From the NCBI GenBank assembly GCA_030390025.1, contig CM059446.1, positions 23,816,339 to 23,872,000 of the forward strand: 55,662 bases of DNA, read 5' to 3'. Source of the stretch: Squalus acanthias. Lineage: Eukaryota. A program made the translations under genes and the position numbers. Position 1 is the stretch's first letter; each line of letters opens with the position of its first letter. The notes beneath the pieces are model-generated. The model saw only the letters and a program-made list of their open reading frames with translations, had not been told where the DNA came from and searched no databases. Positions 1 to 12,849 of the stretch are shown in pieces.

Positions 1-34
1 GGTCTCAGCAGTTTCGAACCTGTGCTCCATCGTG
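1..34 (-). CDS. LDB3: 5' part of the first long-isoform LDB3 exon (S-TMEHRFETAET..., runs off the window)
   Basis: Long C/T-rich tract ending CCTTCCTCACGTTGGTAG|. Phase-2 reading gives STMEH, comparable to human STPIEH (Cypher exon 11 equivalent). Confidence 0.65.
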
Positions 35-2116
35 CTACCAACGTGAGGAAGGGTGGGTGAAGAGACAGGCAGCAGTGAAACAGGAATTACATTAAAAAAG
101 TGAAAGTGAGAAGCAAGTAAACAATCACAGCAGGAAAACATGGCAGCCGAACATAACAAAATAAAACCCTGGAAACAAGGCTCCTGCAAAATAAGAGCCT
201 ACTTGTTGATAAAATCTGGAATATTCCTTCAGATAACATTCCGGATTCACTTGACAAGCCATTTGTCTGCTTCTTTCGGTTGGGACAGGCGAATAGAAGG
301 ATGTATTGTGTGATGGAAGGAAAAAGAATAAATCGTGACTGTTCTACACAGTTGATGGTTGAAATCAAGTAGGTGAGCACGGTGGGTATCAATAAACTGG
401 AAACAGTCAAGTGCCAGTGGATTCCCAATCGATCATTCACAAGGTTTACTATGTTGGGGAGGGGGAAAGCTCATGTCTGGATGGTTAGGCACCGACTACA
501 AGATACCAAAGGGAGAATTCTCCCCAATGTCGGGCTAATTACAGAGCAGTGTTTGGTGGAAGCCCAGGAGCTGAGTTTCAGCCTCTTCTCCAAAATGGAA
601 CTTTTACAGATATTATTTGCCTAATGTGTGTGTACATCAGAGGTAGCAACCACCTAAAAATGTAACAGTGATTTGCTCTTGCATGGTTACTGGGATCAAC
701 TTGCTTCTGTTATGTAGGACCCTTGTTGCTGGAATCTGTTCATCCACTGGAAGGGGTACCAGCCTGCATGGCTGATGGAGAAGCTGGTGTTTTCCTACCC
801 CCTGCAATGGTTACAGGAACTGTTTCATCTCCTGTACAGACTTTGTTCTGAACATACTCTTGGTCTCACACTATACATCAGCACTGATGCGAGATCAGGT
901 TACTTTGTGCAGATATCTGTGCTGCAAGAACAGCGTTAATGGGAGCAAACTCCCAGGGAGGTCTTGGGAGTCGGAACTTGTCGGAACCCCATGACAGTGA
1001 TACAGATACCAAGGGACCTACATCCGGTGATATGGAGCAGATTCAAAGCACCTCCCCCTTCTGAAAACTCACCAGGAGGCTTGCCTCGTTTTGCAAAGTC
1101 CAAGGACCAGGAGATAAGGCAAAGCATGAGTGGCAGGATGGTTTGAAAATTCATAAGAAGAATTACTAACCTCCAATGATGCACCTCCACATCATAAGAT
1201 GTAAAAGTGGAACAAAAAGACTTAAAAAAAAAAACACCTTTTGATGTGCCATTTATATTTGAGATTTCCAGAGAACCCACTCCAAAAAATCAGATGGCCA
1301 GGATTAAAATCAGTTGGGCAGCACCACTAAAGAAGAACTGGTACTTATCATTCTCAAGATGTATCAAAGTGCAGTCACTGTTATGTAGGCACTACTCAAA
1401 GGAAATTCTTGGTTGTTGAGTAGTGCTTTTTCTAAAGTCAGTTGCTTGTGACAAAGTAGATAAAACCAAGTGCTGTACTGAATAGAAGCAATGTGTTGGG
1501 CGGTGGTTTTAGTGTGGGTGTTTACAGGGGTGAGGGTGCAGGTGTGTAGAGAAACACGCATTTGTGCCTCATCAGCATCGCTGGCAGTTGGCGATGAGAT
1601 GTGCTTGAATCCACGGAGAACAATTAAAAAAAACTGGTGAATCAAAACAAAATGGGTGAACTTGTGCGAGGGTGCGGAATGAATTCCAATACCATGCAAC
1701 CCACCAAACACATGATTAGTTGACACACAAAAAACACACTCACCATAAATGATATTTTAGGCTAATTTTATTTGTGCGGTGATGACATTCATTGGAATAA
1801 TCAACAGCCAAGGCAGGCATCGAGGTGTCAGCGATTCTTCAGGCTTCGAGCAGCATTAGGCCTTTGGGTCACTGCCTACCAATCCCACCCTCCATTGCTA
1901 AGGTAAACTACATGGAGATGTGTAGGGAAGTGAGAGTGAACTGGCTGTGTGTTAATGTTGGGAGAGTGAAGTCAAGTGACTTTTAAAGTAGGAAAAAGGC
2001 TCAACATTTGCTGTAAGGGACAATGGGGATGGGAAATAGAAAGCTGTTGCTAGAATTCCAGGCACTGACAAAAGGGGTCAAGAAGGCACCTCAACTCGAT
2101 CTTCTGGAGACACATT

Positions 2117-2289
2117 AGGGTATAAATTGGACTTGGGCTGCAGCGCATAACGGGCGACAGTGACTCGGCAGCCCACTCCATTCTCTTTTCCACTGACTTC
2201 AATTCGAAAGGAAACCGGTCGGGGTGTAGAACGGGCTTCCCATTCGCTATTGCCCGTTCACTCTTGCGCCCAAGACCAATTCATACCCC
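2117..2289. mobile_element. MITE, probably PIF/Harbinger type
   Basis: TIRs agggtataaattggacttgggc / gcccaagaccaattcatacccc, flanked by ATT on both sides (3-bp TSD). Confidence 0.7.
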
Positions 2290-2668
2290 ATTATTTTGAA
2301 GCACGTCACTATCAACAGCTTGAAGACCAACATATTTTGGAGAACTTACGGCTTAAAAATAAAGAAAGAAAAAGTGTTTAGGCCCCAAGGCCGAGAGTTT
2401 CGCCGTGACAATTGTTCAGAATGAAAAACTGCCATTTCTAGCAACAGCCTTAAATGAAGACAGACATAGCCAGGTACAACACAGGACACCTCTACACAAA
2501 TAGACAATACCCATTACTGTACAGATTAAAATGAACAAACTACAACAATCTGCTCGTAACACACCTAAGGTCTTATAGATTCCAGGACAAACAGAAATCC
2601 TGCTTATGTAGACTGAAGTGTCATCCAAACAGGTCAAACTGATTGGATGAGGGACCAAACACAACAAA

Positions 2669-2834
2669 CCAGTTGGATATTTCAAATATTTAAACTGTAT
2701 TTTGATTCCCATTGTCATGCTGATTTCCAAGCGATTGCACTTGCTTTACAAGGTCTGTATCATGGGTAAAGCATCCATGGGAAACAAACTACGGTTAAAT
2801 GACTGGTTAGTTTTGATTTGAAATATCCAACTGG
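2669..2834. repeat. Palindromic element (decayed MITE-like) with 19-bp perfect terminal inverted repeat
   Basis: ccagttggatatttcaaat (2669-2687) and atttgaaatatccaactgg (2816-2834), plus inner imperfect arms tttgattcccat / atgggaaacaaa. Confidence 0.65.
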
Positions 2835-2944
2835 AACAAATATAAGGAGACGTGTTAGAGAACCAAGGAGTTCTACAGCTACCATTCACAAAACACAACT
2901 TTGGTTAAAAACTGTAACTTAGGTTCTCAATGACCACCAATAAC

Positions 2945-3230
2945 CTCGTGGGTAAGGACCCTGCCAGGTGCAGTACTGGGCCACATACAACAGAAGGTCC
3001 CGGGATCAATCCTTCAGCTTGTATTGAGTTAGCTGATCAAATACAGGTCAGCAGTTGGGCAAGGGAGGGAGAGAAAAATAAAGACCAGCCAGGGTCCCTG
3101 CTCCTGATCACTACCCAATGGCCCTTGCTGGAAAGTGCACTTGTCGATTGTTGGGGAGGACGGGATCAGGCTGCCACCAGTGGTCAAAAAGGTTGCACAT
3201 GAAGAATGTCCATACAAGTGAGCAATGGAG
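2945..3230 (+). mobile_element. Old SINE-like interspersed repeat; related pieces near 10900-11030, 16930-17040 and (minus) 47700-47850
   Basis: Shared motif gctgagttagctgat...cagcagt.ggg...agggagggga...gcca gggt recurs in several diverged copies. Family name not assigned. Confidence 0.45.
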
Positions 3231-3956
3231 GGTGCCCACTGGCCAGTACCTGAGCAACTGTATCCCAAAGCAAGATGTTCTTGTGCAGGGCGCTGAACTC
3301 CACGTCTCAATTCCCAATATGTGCTCCAGGGGCAAAAGCTCTATGTTATGAGCACAAATTCACTGGTACTTGGGCTAAATTGAAGCTACATGGCATGTAG
3401 CACTCGGCAATGGGATACTGCACCATCTGTACTGGATGTAGTACAGGCTGGGGGTAGGGATAGGGAATGCACCCATACCATGTGTTTTACTGACACCGAT
3501 TGTTGGGCACATTGGCGCTCATCTTAAACTGGCTTCAGACCAGATACTGGAGATTTTGACACTGACATTCTGCAACTTTGCTTGTTCAATATTAATTTGT
3601 GTCACAAAAATGTAAAATGGGACACGCTGTTGAGATGAAGGAGTTGGTTGTGTTTTGTGATTGGTCTATTGAGATGCAGTATCTCTCTGCTGGCCTACAA
3701 GAGGCTACATTAAATACAAAACTTAAGAGCTAGAAAATGCCCAGTTTCCTGGTGCTGCAGAGTTCCTCACACTCGGTTTATATTGTTAATTTTTAACCCC
3801 CACTCCAGAATCAGATGGCAGTTGACAACTGTCAAATATAGCTTTTGAGATTTTGTCCCCAATTTTTAATATTCTTATTTAAATTTCTCTGGAGCAGCTT
3901 CATCCACCATACATGGATGCGTTTAGTTAGGAGAATGGGATGGTCTGGGTCATTTA

Positions 3957-4285
3957 CAATTACATAGATACAGCACAAAAACAGGCCATTCGACCCAACT
4001 AGTCTGTGCTGGTGTTCAATGTTCCCGTTAATTCTCTTTTTGGGTGCTCAGCCCCTTTCTGCACGGCCCATTCAAAATACCGCGCATGCGCAGTTTTTCG
4101 CATTGAAAAGCCGGCGAGCCAGCTGTACAGGAGGTCCAGAGAGCTGCGCAACTTAAAGGGAACATTGTTGGTGTTTATACTCCACATGAGTCTCCTCCCA
4201 TTCCATCTACCTCATCTCAGCCTTTCAGCATATCTTTCTATTCCCTTTTCTCTCATGTACTCGTCTAGTTTCCTTTTGAAAGCAT
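3957..4285 (-). mobile_element. CR1 LINE 3' tail interrupted by a MITE
   Basis: Collinear with the uninterrupted copy at ~50857-51080 (tacagcac..aaacaggccattcg.cccaact...ctccac...cctccc). Confidence 0.75.
4017..4167. mobile_element. hAT-type MITE
   Basis: TIRs caatgttcccgttaa / ttaaagggaacattg; 8-bp TSD ctggtgtt (4009-4016) / ttggtgtt (4168-4175). Related fragment at ~53927-54010; another copy appears to begin at 55646. Confidence 0.85.
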
Positions 4286-5853
4286 CCAAGATCGTAGGAT
4301 GCCTTGGCTACAACTTTTCTATGACTACTATCAACCCTGCTGTGTAATTGAAGAGAATGTCAACAGTGGTCCAGCCATGACCTTGACTTGGTTCCCCCAC
4401 TCATTTCACCCTACCCTACGCAAGATGGACTTGTCGCAACATGATCACCTACATTACCTCATGCCCGAGCTGGTAAATAACAGGACTTTCTCCCCTCGCT
4501 ACCGTGGCTGTGACCCTCTCCAAACCTGGGACAAAGATTCCAAGAAGCTCGAATTCTGTTGAGGGCAAGCTTTAGTTGTTTAAAAAAAAGCTAAGAAAAG
4601 AAATGAACCTGAGAACATATAGGCCACAGAAGAGATACTGCGAAAGCTGGCATTATTCACTAAATGGAAAAGTGACAAAACTACAGAGAGACAACAGCTG
4701 CTGAAAGGAAAGGTGAGAAAGTTAAGATTACAGCTTATTTCATGCTGTTTTTAGTTCACAACTATTTTAGAGGCAGGTAAAGCCATATCTGTCTTTCTCA
4801 GCCACTGCAGTTAGAGGCAGGTCCCACGCACAGGAAGGCTCCAGCCGAGACCCATAGCTTAATCTACATTTGAGTCTGCTTGCAGTCTTAACATAGGGAA
4901 ATAACTGTCTCCCGGGAGGGGAGGGGAGGGCGTGTTAGTGCAGACAGGACCATAGAGTAGGATCACAGGAGGGGCAAAGGCCATCACGGCAAATGTTAGA
5001 TACAGAATGACTCCAACGTGCACAAAGCAGACCGTTAAAGCACAGAGTATGTACAAGCATCAGAAAGATAAAAGGCCAGAGCTGCAAGAGTTTAAAGAAA
5101 GCGTACATGACCGTAAGCAAAAACCGCAGGGAAGGCCAAGCAGAAAGCATACAAAGCAGTAGTTTGAAATACATACACGGGGGAGAATTTTCCAAGTACA
5201 CGTGGGTGGTAGGGAGCCTCAGGAGCCCGGCCCCATAGTGCCAACCCATGATTTTGTTTTTAAACAAAAGACTAAACTCCTATCAGCATTTCTCCAAGTC
5301 AATATAAAATTTTGCCAGTGGTTGCCATGACCTTCATTACATACATAAGCAAAACCAAGGCAGTTTGGCTAAAGTTGCTCTCTTGGTCTCCAAGTGCCGT
5401 TTTGTTTTGTTGTTACGGACATCCTTCCCCAACTAATTTGCAACCCCCCCTAAGGTGAAGGCTAAAGCAATAACGAATAAAATAGCACTTATTGGAATTC
5501 ATACTGGAGTCCTCGGCCAATTTAATTCTTGTTTCCCCCCCAGCCCCACCCACCCCCCCTAACATTTTTTGGCAACTTTCTTTTTCTCGTTTAAATTGAG
5601 GGAAATAGGCTACTTTCCACATTTGTCACCAAGCACCATCTTGAAGAAAAGGCTGGCACAGGTCAGGCGCAGGGTGAAGGTTCTTTGACTCTGCGCCAAC
5701 GCGTTTCAACTCAAAGCTCAGAAATGAAAAAAAAAAACGAGGCCTCACTTCCTCAAATCGGTTCAGTGAATTCCCCTTCTTAGAAGGGAAAATTAAGGAA
5801 GAGCCTGAAATTACACCAGGAAGTTTCAACAAGGTGATTAAGGAGCTGCGCCA

Positions 5854-5932
5854 TCAGCTTGCTACCTTTCCAAAGCAGCCATCTTTTAGAAGCCCAAGTA
5901 CAGAAAATGGTTTTGCAGAGTTACAACAACAA
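5854..5932 (-). CDS. Candidate additional LDB3 exon (S-CCCNSAKPFSVLGLLKDGCFGKVAS*): alternative terminal exon, or a 67-nt cassette ending at 5866
   Basis: Very long polypyrimidine tract ending TGTCTTTTTGCACTTTACTGTGTAG|. Open in the phase-2 frame left by the 37-nt exon. Possible donor AAG|GTAGCA at 5866/5865; otherwise TGA at 5856-5854. Confidence 0.35.
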
Positions 5933-6749
5933 CTACACAGTAAAGTGCAAAAAGACAGGAGAACAATGAAGCACAGACATAGACAGATGGGATGAAGATA
6001 CTGCTCTCAGACAGAAAGACCCCCCATTTACTGCTCCCCAAGGTTTGGATCAATCAACACCATTTGGGACAACATGCACTCATCAGAGTGAAGAACATGC
6101 GTGTCTTTTTGTATGGAAACTGCAGAAAGACAAAAACACTCCAGTTTAGTGCTTTTCATGCTGGGTCTGTGACAAGTAATGTGCTGTACACATAACCCGT
6201 GTCCTGTGATCATCATGTATTCAAGGTATGATACGCTTCCCAGGCAATGAGTGGCCAGTTTATGTTGTCCCATTAGTTTTAAAGAAAATGTTTTCACACG
6301 AAAAGCAAAGAGATATATTTTGTACCAAAAGTGATACATATTTTTGAAAACTCACTTAATAAGAAGAATAGCTGTTAAAAATTGGTTTACTTAGAAATAG
6401 AAGATGGAGAGGCAGTTATATTGAATCTAAATGATGGAAAATATGAGCAAATTTATATAGATCGAGAATTATTCTTCACAGGTGACCAAGACATTGTCTA
6501 ACAAACTTAAAAAAAAATTAGTGATCTATGGTTAAATAGTTCAATGCAACCTCAATGTTGCTAATATCATGAAGAATGAGGAGACCTGCTTTTGGGTCAG
6601 GATTCTGGGGAGAAGGAAAGGGTAGGTGTCAGTAGAATGAATGAATTAGATATCAATGACGTTAGGCAATGGAGCAATTGATGATGACATGGAGGCAAAA
6701 AAAACAAACCAACCTTCTGGGAGAGGTTAGGCACCAAAGGTCACGCCCG

Positions 6750-6783
6750 CACACACACACACACACGCACACACACACACACA
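6750..6783. repeat. (CA)n microsatellite
   Basis: Direct inspection. Confidence 0.95.
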
Positions 6784-6839
6784 AAATCACCAACTCCCAG
6801 CATGCACAGCGTGCAGTCAGTAAGTATCCTAGCCAACCA

Positions 6840-6885
6840 TGGAGGGAGTGTCCCAGCCCTGGAGGGAGTGTCCCAGCCCTGGAGG
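6840..6885. repeat. 20-bp tandem duplication
   Basis: tggagggagtgtcccagccc twice, followed by tggagg. Confidence 0.9.
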
Positions 6886-8879
6886 CATCCAGCAAAAATT
6901 GGGTTAGTTTTTGGTTTGGAAAAGGAACAGCCCATTGCAGACTGGATATTTCCCTATGTCACAACCAGACAAGCAGTTTACCTGACAGGCCTCTTTTTGT
7001 GTCAGCTGTCGCCATGGAACAGAATCTTCAAGAACACATTATTTGCACAATTCTGAGGAAGTCTATTTGCCCACGTGTCACACCTGTATCGCTTACTTGT
7101 GTCCATGTTCTTAAACGAAGGATTTTAAGAAGCCTACCTCCACCTCTTTAATCTCTCTAAGTTTATTCATGACTTGTTTGGAAGCAGTTCTTTCTCGTTT
7201 CTTAGCTAACTGGCAGGCATCATCCTTGAGTAGGGACCTGGGTCAGAGGCTTCTCCACAGCTGTTGACAGAATGTGGGGCAATGGTTGCCAAGCAATTTG
7301 ACTACATTTGTTTTTGTGCTTTGTTGATATAGTGTCCTGTCGAAATTTAGCACTCAGCAAAATACCCTGGCCTGGAGGTTAGCTATTAAATAACATTGGT
7401 AAACAGCACTAGCAGTACCGGCACTCAAACCTTTAAGATCTGGCTGGGAGTCTCACATTTACTGGAATGCTGTTACATTGCAAATTCTTTGCATTACTCA
7501 TTTGGACCTTCATTTTGAAAGCTCAGTTTAATATTTAACCTGCACTCAACGTGAATGGGATGTGTTTATACTACACAACACAAGGCAAAGCCCCACTTCA
7601 GTGTGTGAGGACTCCTTCAAAATCATGATGGAACAGTCTTTCAACTGGGAGCCACCCCAATGAACGGTGACTGGGCTGTCCGCTAACATCACAAATGTAA
7701 ACAGCCGCTCCATCGAGAAGGAGCCCCCTCCCAAACCAGTTCAAAGTTAGGTTTTTAAAAAATAATTTTTTAGACTAACTTCATTTTCCAAAAATTCAAG
7801 GTAGCTTGGTGTCTGTTTATCAGTTGTCCTGTCTGACAGGAAGGTGGCCTGCCAGTACAGCACCACATCTCACCCCTCAGAGGGCATTTTAAACCAAAGA
7901 AGGGCAGCAATGTTTCACACAGATTATCTGAAATGAGCAGAGTTCACCATTGCCATTAGATTCAGGTTCTGTTCCCCCGAGCCCGAGGATTTGCTGCAGC
8001 TTGCTGTTAGTCAGAATCCTCTTAATGATTGATGTCCATTTAGATTCTGTACAATGAAACCTTAAAAGCCTGTACTCATTCTCATATAAGCCTACCATGA
8101 GTAGTCCAGACTTTACACTACCGTCTAGTGCTGTTCAATGCTCGCTCCAAGTTCAAAGTTGGAGTTGGATTGAAGACTCAAGTTATGCACAAGCTTGAAA
8201 CACCATTTAAAAAGGCACTGAGTGGTGGACTGCCCAAACATCTCAAACAAAACAAAGCTAAGACTCAAACCTTCAGTTATTAATTCTTTGGCGTTCTAAC
8301 TCATTGACTGGGATCGGAATGATCCATTAAAATTGTCCTGAATGCAAAATTAATTCACAAAAAAGTCTTTATATTAAAATATTCAGAGAATATTGTGGCA
8401 ATGGCATTATAACAATATTAAAAGGACAATTTCTAAGGTCATTGTAAGAGCTCCGTTCAATAATTACCTCCAAGTTTATTACCTTCTCTTGACCTCCTCC
8501 TGCCCCATTCTGATCATGGAAGGAAATGCTGAGGAGGTGCTCTCGACAGAGGGAAGTGTGCCTGTGCTAATGTAATACTCAAAGAATTGTGGTTTACAAC
8601 CACATTGCATGAAGCACTACCAGTTTGAACTTGGCAACATGGGCAAGAGACATTTGCTGGTTATAATCTATGTTTATTCCATAGTTGGGGACCTGTTTAA
8701 TCAACAATGTAATGAGTTATCTAGCAGGTCAGATCTGAATGAAACCCAAATGTAAAGTTAGGCTGAAGGTTTCCTAACCTAATCATTCTAACCCAAACCC
8801 AACTCTGGAAAGCTTGTAAGGTGGTAAGGTTTCTGTACAAGTCTTTATTCCCGTGAACAGATCTGCTGGCTCTTCACAA

Positions 8880-9230
8880 CGTGAAAACCCCTGTCCTCAC
8901 CTACCTCCACTCGCTCCCTGACCCCCAGTGTCATAATTTCAAATTCTCACCCTCAAGTTCCTCCTTGACCCTGCAAACTTCTCTGGCCCTCCATCCCAGC
9001 ACACACCTTTTGCTCTTACAACTCTGATCTGCATGAGTCCCTCTCCCTCCACTGGTGGTAAAGCCTTCAACTACCATGCTCCTGCCACCTGGAGTTTTCT
9101 TCCTTAACCCCCTTTTTTGCTTTGCTGTCTCAATACTTACCTCTTTGATCACCTCCACTACTGCCTTCTCCGTGTCTATCCCTTGCCCTATAAAATATCC
9201 ATGTGAAAGGTGCTATATAAATGCAAATAG
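8880..9230 (+). mobile_element. Degenerate L2-type LINE 3' end
   Basis: Ends aaggtgctatataaatgcaa, the same tail as the copy at 29420-29900, with a similar C/T-rich body. Confidence 0.5.
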
Positions 9231-10339
9231 CTTTTAAAAAAAGACACCTACATAAACCAAACCATATATACGTACGTACGCGCGCACACATATGTTTGGT
9301 CAGTCCACCATTATGCCAAACAGGGCAATTATTTTACCGTAAGGTTGACTTTAATGTTTGTGCGCAACGCTGGTCGATATTACAGTTCTTATGCATTTTA
9401 AAGAGACAGTACCTCTTCGAGTCAGCCTACTTACACCAAGTCTTCTATCAATCAATTCATCTTGAAATATCCCCTGTATTCTAGATTTAAAGCCACCACT
9501 TGGATTTCATTCATTATATGAGAAAAACAAAGTCAACCTTACTGGCCACCATAGTTACCATGCAAGCCACTTCAAACTGAAAATCAGTGGACCATAACTG
9601 GAGATTCTCCAGAGCTCAGGCACACAGGGATGATCAGCATTACTGATCTTTCACTTGGGGTCATGGAATGGTACAAGTAAACTGTAATTGAACAATCAAC
9701 CAAGTTAACATCCTAGTGAAACAATGTCTACCAGCATTGCTTCAAGCCTGTGTTAAGGGCCTGGTGCTCATTTCCTTTGAGAAATGGAATGATGCAGTCG
9801 CTGCAACATTAAGAAAAGGTTGGGAGAACTTTGAGAAACTAAGGTTTCCTGGGGGAGAGGAGGAAGAGGGAGGCCTACTTTCTGTTCTTAGGACATTAGA
9901 CCATCAACCTTCTTTGCACCCAGTCGTGACAGAAACGGTAGAAACTTTGATTAGCGACATTTACATACGAAGATTTAATGCATTCGTACTACAATCCCGC
10001 GTGAGCTATTTTTACAACATTGACCTGAAGCAGTGAAACGGTTTAAATCACATGTAAAAATAAAGCACACTGTACTGTAGTACGAGTCTGTACAGCATAT
10101 GTACAGAAAATCTGCCAATTGGAATGTCTACCCTCTTAAGTCATCGATCACTATAGATGTGGTGGCTTCATCTTCTCAACAGTTAGGTGCAACCCCTTTG
10201 TAGCTCCCAACCCAGGTACTGTCTCTTCAACGCAACTGCTGAACAATCCGACTCCAGTAATGGGATTGCGATTCTTAGTGAGTGTCTCAGTGCTAGAGCT
10301 AATCCGTATAGAAAGAGACTGGAAGAGGAGCTAATTGCC

Positions 10340-12752
10340 TTTTTTTAAACTTGATTTTTGTTTTATTTCAGAGAAAAAGTGCTGATATATACAGAGAGAT
10401 TGCAAACCAAAGCAGCCAAGCACAGAATACAGGAACCAAATGATCAAACCCTGCCTTTCACCAAACAATCTCACTACACCACAACCCAGGTTTTATATAT
10501 TACTGATCTCCAAACTATTTCAACCCTCGTCTACTCAGCTCAAATCGTTCACAAACAATCGTATTAACAGGCCACGGTCGTACGGGACAGTCAGGGACGA
10601 TGGGAAACTGCAGGTACGCCTCGGACCCCAGTGCCATTTACTCAAGGTCCCAAATCACCACTACAAAGCAGTGATTTTTCGTTAAACAAAATATAACACA
10701 CCCCACTTATATTTTGCAATTCAACTGATTTTTTAACGAAATTTTTTTTTAATTGGGGGGCATTTGTTTCTTGGAACATGGAGTTGTCTACTTTACAATT
10801 CTTTTTAAAAAAATATTGTTTTCTCCTCCTTATCGCAATTAAAACAGTGCAACTGCAAAAATGCAGTGTGAACCTCACCTTTACAGATCAGCAATGGGTC
10901 AAGTGCAGAGTTAGCTAAGTGATGGGTGCCTCAGATCAGGGAAGGGAGGTATGGGGGAAAAGGAAAAAATAAAATCTGCAGATCGGTTTCCCTCTCCAGT
11001 GACCCAGGTTGCAAGGCGCACGGATGTGGGTGTCAGGAGGAAACTCTAGGCCCCACAGTTGAATCGCTTGCTGGCAATCATGGTTGAGAGTCAGCCCTGA
11101 AAAATGACCACTTGGATGAGTTCTCAGAGCACTATGGGCACAAGGAGAAGTGGACCAGAGCACCTTCAGCAGAGAAAGGGAGAAAACAGGGGGCGGGGCG
11201 GAAAAGAGTGGAAATATATTGCACTCTCATTCCAGAATTTTCTTCGCAAAATCGCTGCGAGATGTGTTATAAATATCACAGTCTTTACTCAAATCTCTCC
11301 ATCCCAATTCGGTCATTTACTTTCAGCTCAATTTAGCTAAATTTTGCATATTACCTCCAAAAGTTAAATAATTGATGAAATATTTGCAGTTTCCCCCTTC
11401 TGATGGAATGCTCACACAACACAATTACCAAAGAATAATTTTGCCTAATCTGGTTACTGGAAGTAATTTCAGAAAGACTGCATAACTGTAATATACATTC
11501 ATCTAAAGTCAATGTAATAGCCCTTCACCTTCACTGTCCAAAAGAAAAACCCTCTGTGTAATGGGGATTTGGATTCATTTGTCAATCAATTGTCTGGGTG
11601 CATTGTTTGTCTTCTGCCATTAGTGAACTTGGTTCAGGGGACACAGCCCTCATGTCCCGAATGCACTGTACATTACCCAGATCTGGTGGGATTCAGCCTG
11701 AATTATTCGGGGTGGTTCCATGTTTCCCTTTTCAGTCCCATGTCTCAATCTTAAAAATACTTGTCCCAGAATCTGAATCCAATCAGAAACCCATCAGAAA
11801 CCCAGACTGAAAACTGAAGTTCCTGTCATGCTGGGCTGCTTTGAGAGAGAAGCTAAGCAGTAACAGATCAATTATTTAAACAGAATGTATGGGAATCGTG
11901 CTCGACTTCTGCAAGGACTTGGACTATGTGGTGGGAATGAGGTTTGACGAGGAGCATCCAACAATGGACGTCCAATATTTGCACCTGAAAATATTGGTGA
12001 AGTAATTAATCACATGGACAGATATCTGCTTATTTTCTGTAGGGCTCAGGCAGGGCAAGGGATTGTGGGCCAGGGTTTTGGTGGTGATGGGCACTAGCAG
12101 TAAATAAGAACAAGGTTTTATCAGAGATGTTTCATTGCCCACATCAATAATCTGTTCAGCAATCTCCAGGCAGCTACCTGTGATTTGGTAATATAAACTA
12201 ATTCAGATTTTCAATGAGATGTGTTGTCCATTATTATATGTCCCAGAAAATCATTCCCCATTTTCTTCCAATCCTTGATCTCCCCCAAAGCCTCATTGTC
12301 TGACCTACTGCCAGGTTCAACTGTGTTATGCGAGCACTCCCTCAGGCTAGACAGCACCCACCATTTAGACTTCCATCATCGAGACAGCAACAGTCCTTTC
12401 AAACTGCACTCTCTCTCAAACACAAGGAAGCTAACAGTTTATTAATTCCCTAACATTTCTTTGAAAGGAATTCAGAGATACAGAAGCTGACTCTTTATAC
12501 AGAAACAGGACTTTTAGCATTTTATTGGCAGAGAAACCTTCATACATGGAGAAGTACTGTGCTGCTAGGAGCACTACATTACAACATAGGAGGGATACAA
12601 GGCTAAGGACACTCAACAAGCACTTTGTTTAACTTGTTTTAAGATTTGATGTTCTCACACTACTTTTTTTTTTATAGCCATTATGACAGTAATACGCCCT
12701 TTTTCTTTGTTTAGTAATTCTATCTTGAAGTGTCTTATTACACGTGGGCAGT
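10340..12752 (-). other. LDB3: Putative 3' UTR of the short LDB3 isoform with candidate poly(A) signals
   Basis: Minus-strand AATAAA at 12521-12526, 12438-12443 and 10362-10367 downstream of the stop codon. The true 3' end cannot be determined from sequence alone. Confidence 0.4.
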
Positions 12753-12849
12753 TTAACCTTTAATATTAAGGATCTGTGCAGACAGACCATGATGCCAATT
12801 GCGCAATTTGGCAAAGCGTGGACCTTTTACTTCATGTTCAAACTTTTCC
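12753..12849 (-). CDS. LDB3: LDB3 short-isoform (LIM-less) terminal coding exon REKFEHEVKGPRFAKLRNWHHGLSAQILNIKG*
   Basis: Long polypyrimidine tract then CCACAG|; TAA at 12755-12753. Human equivalent is RERFETERNSPRFAKLRNWHHGLSAQILNVKS*. Confidence 0.96.

Noticed and set aside
5626-5832. ORF containing NRFEEVRPRF, resembling EKFEHEVKGPRF of the short tail
   Set aside because: Similarity is too short, there is no suitable in-phase acceptor, and the ORF crosses a poly-T run.
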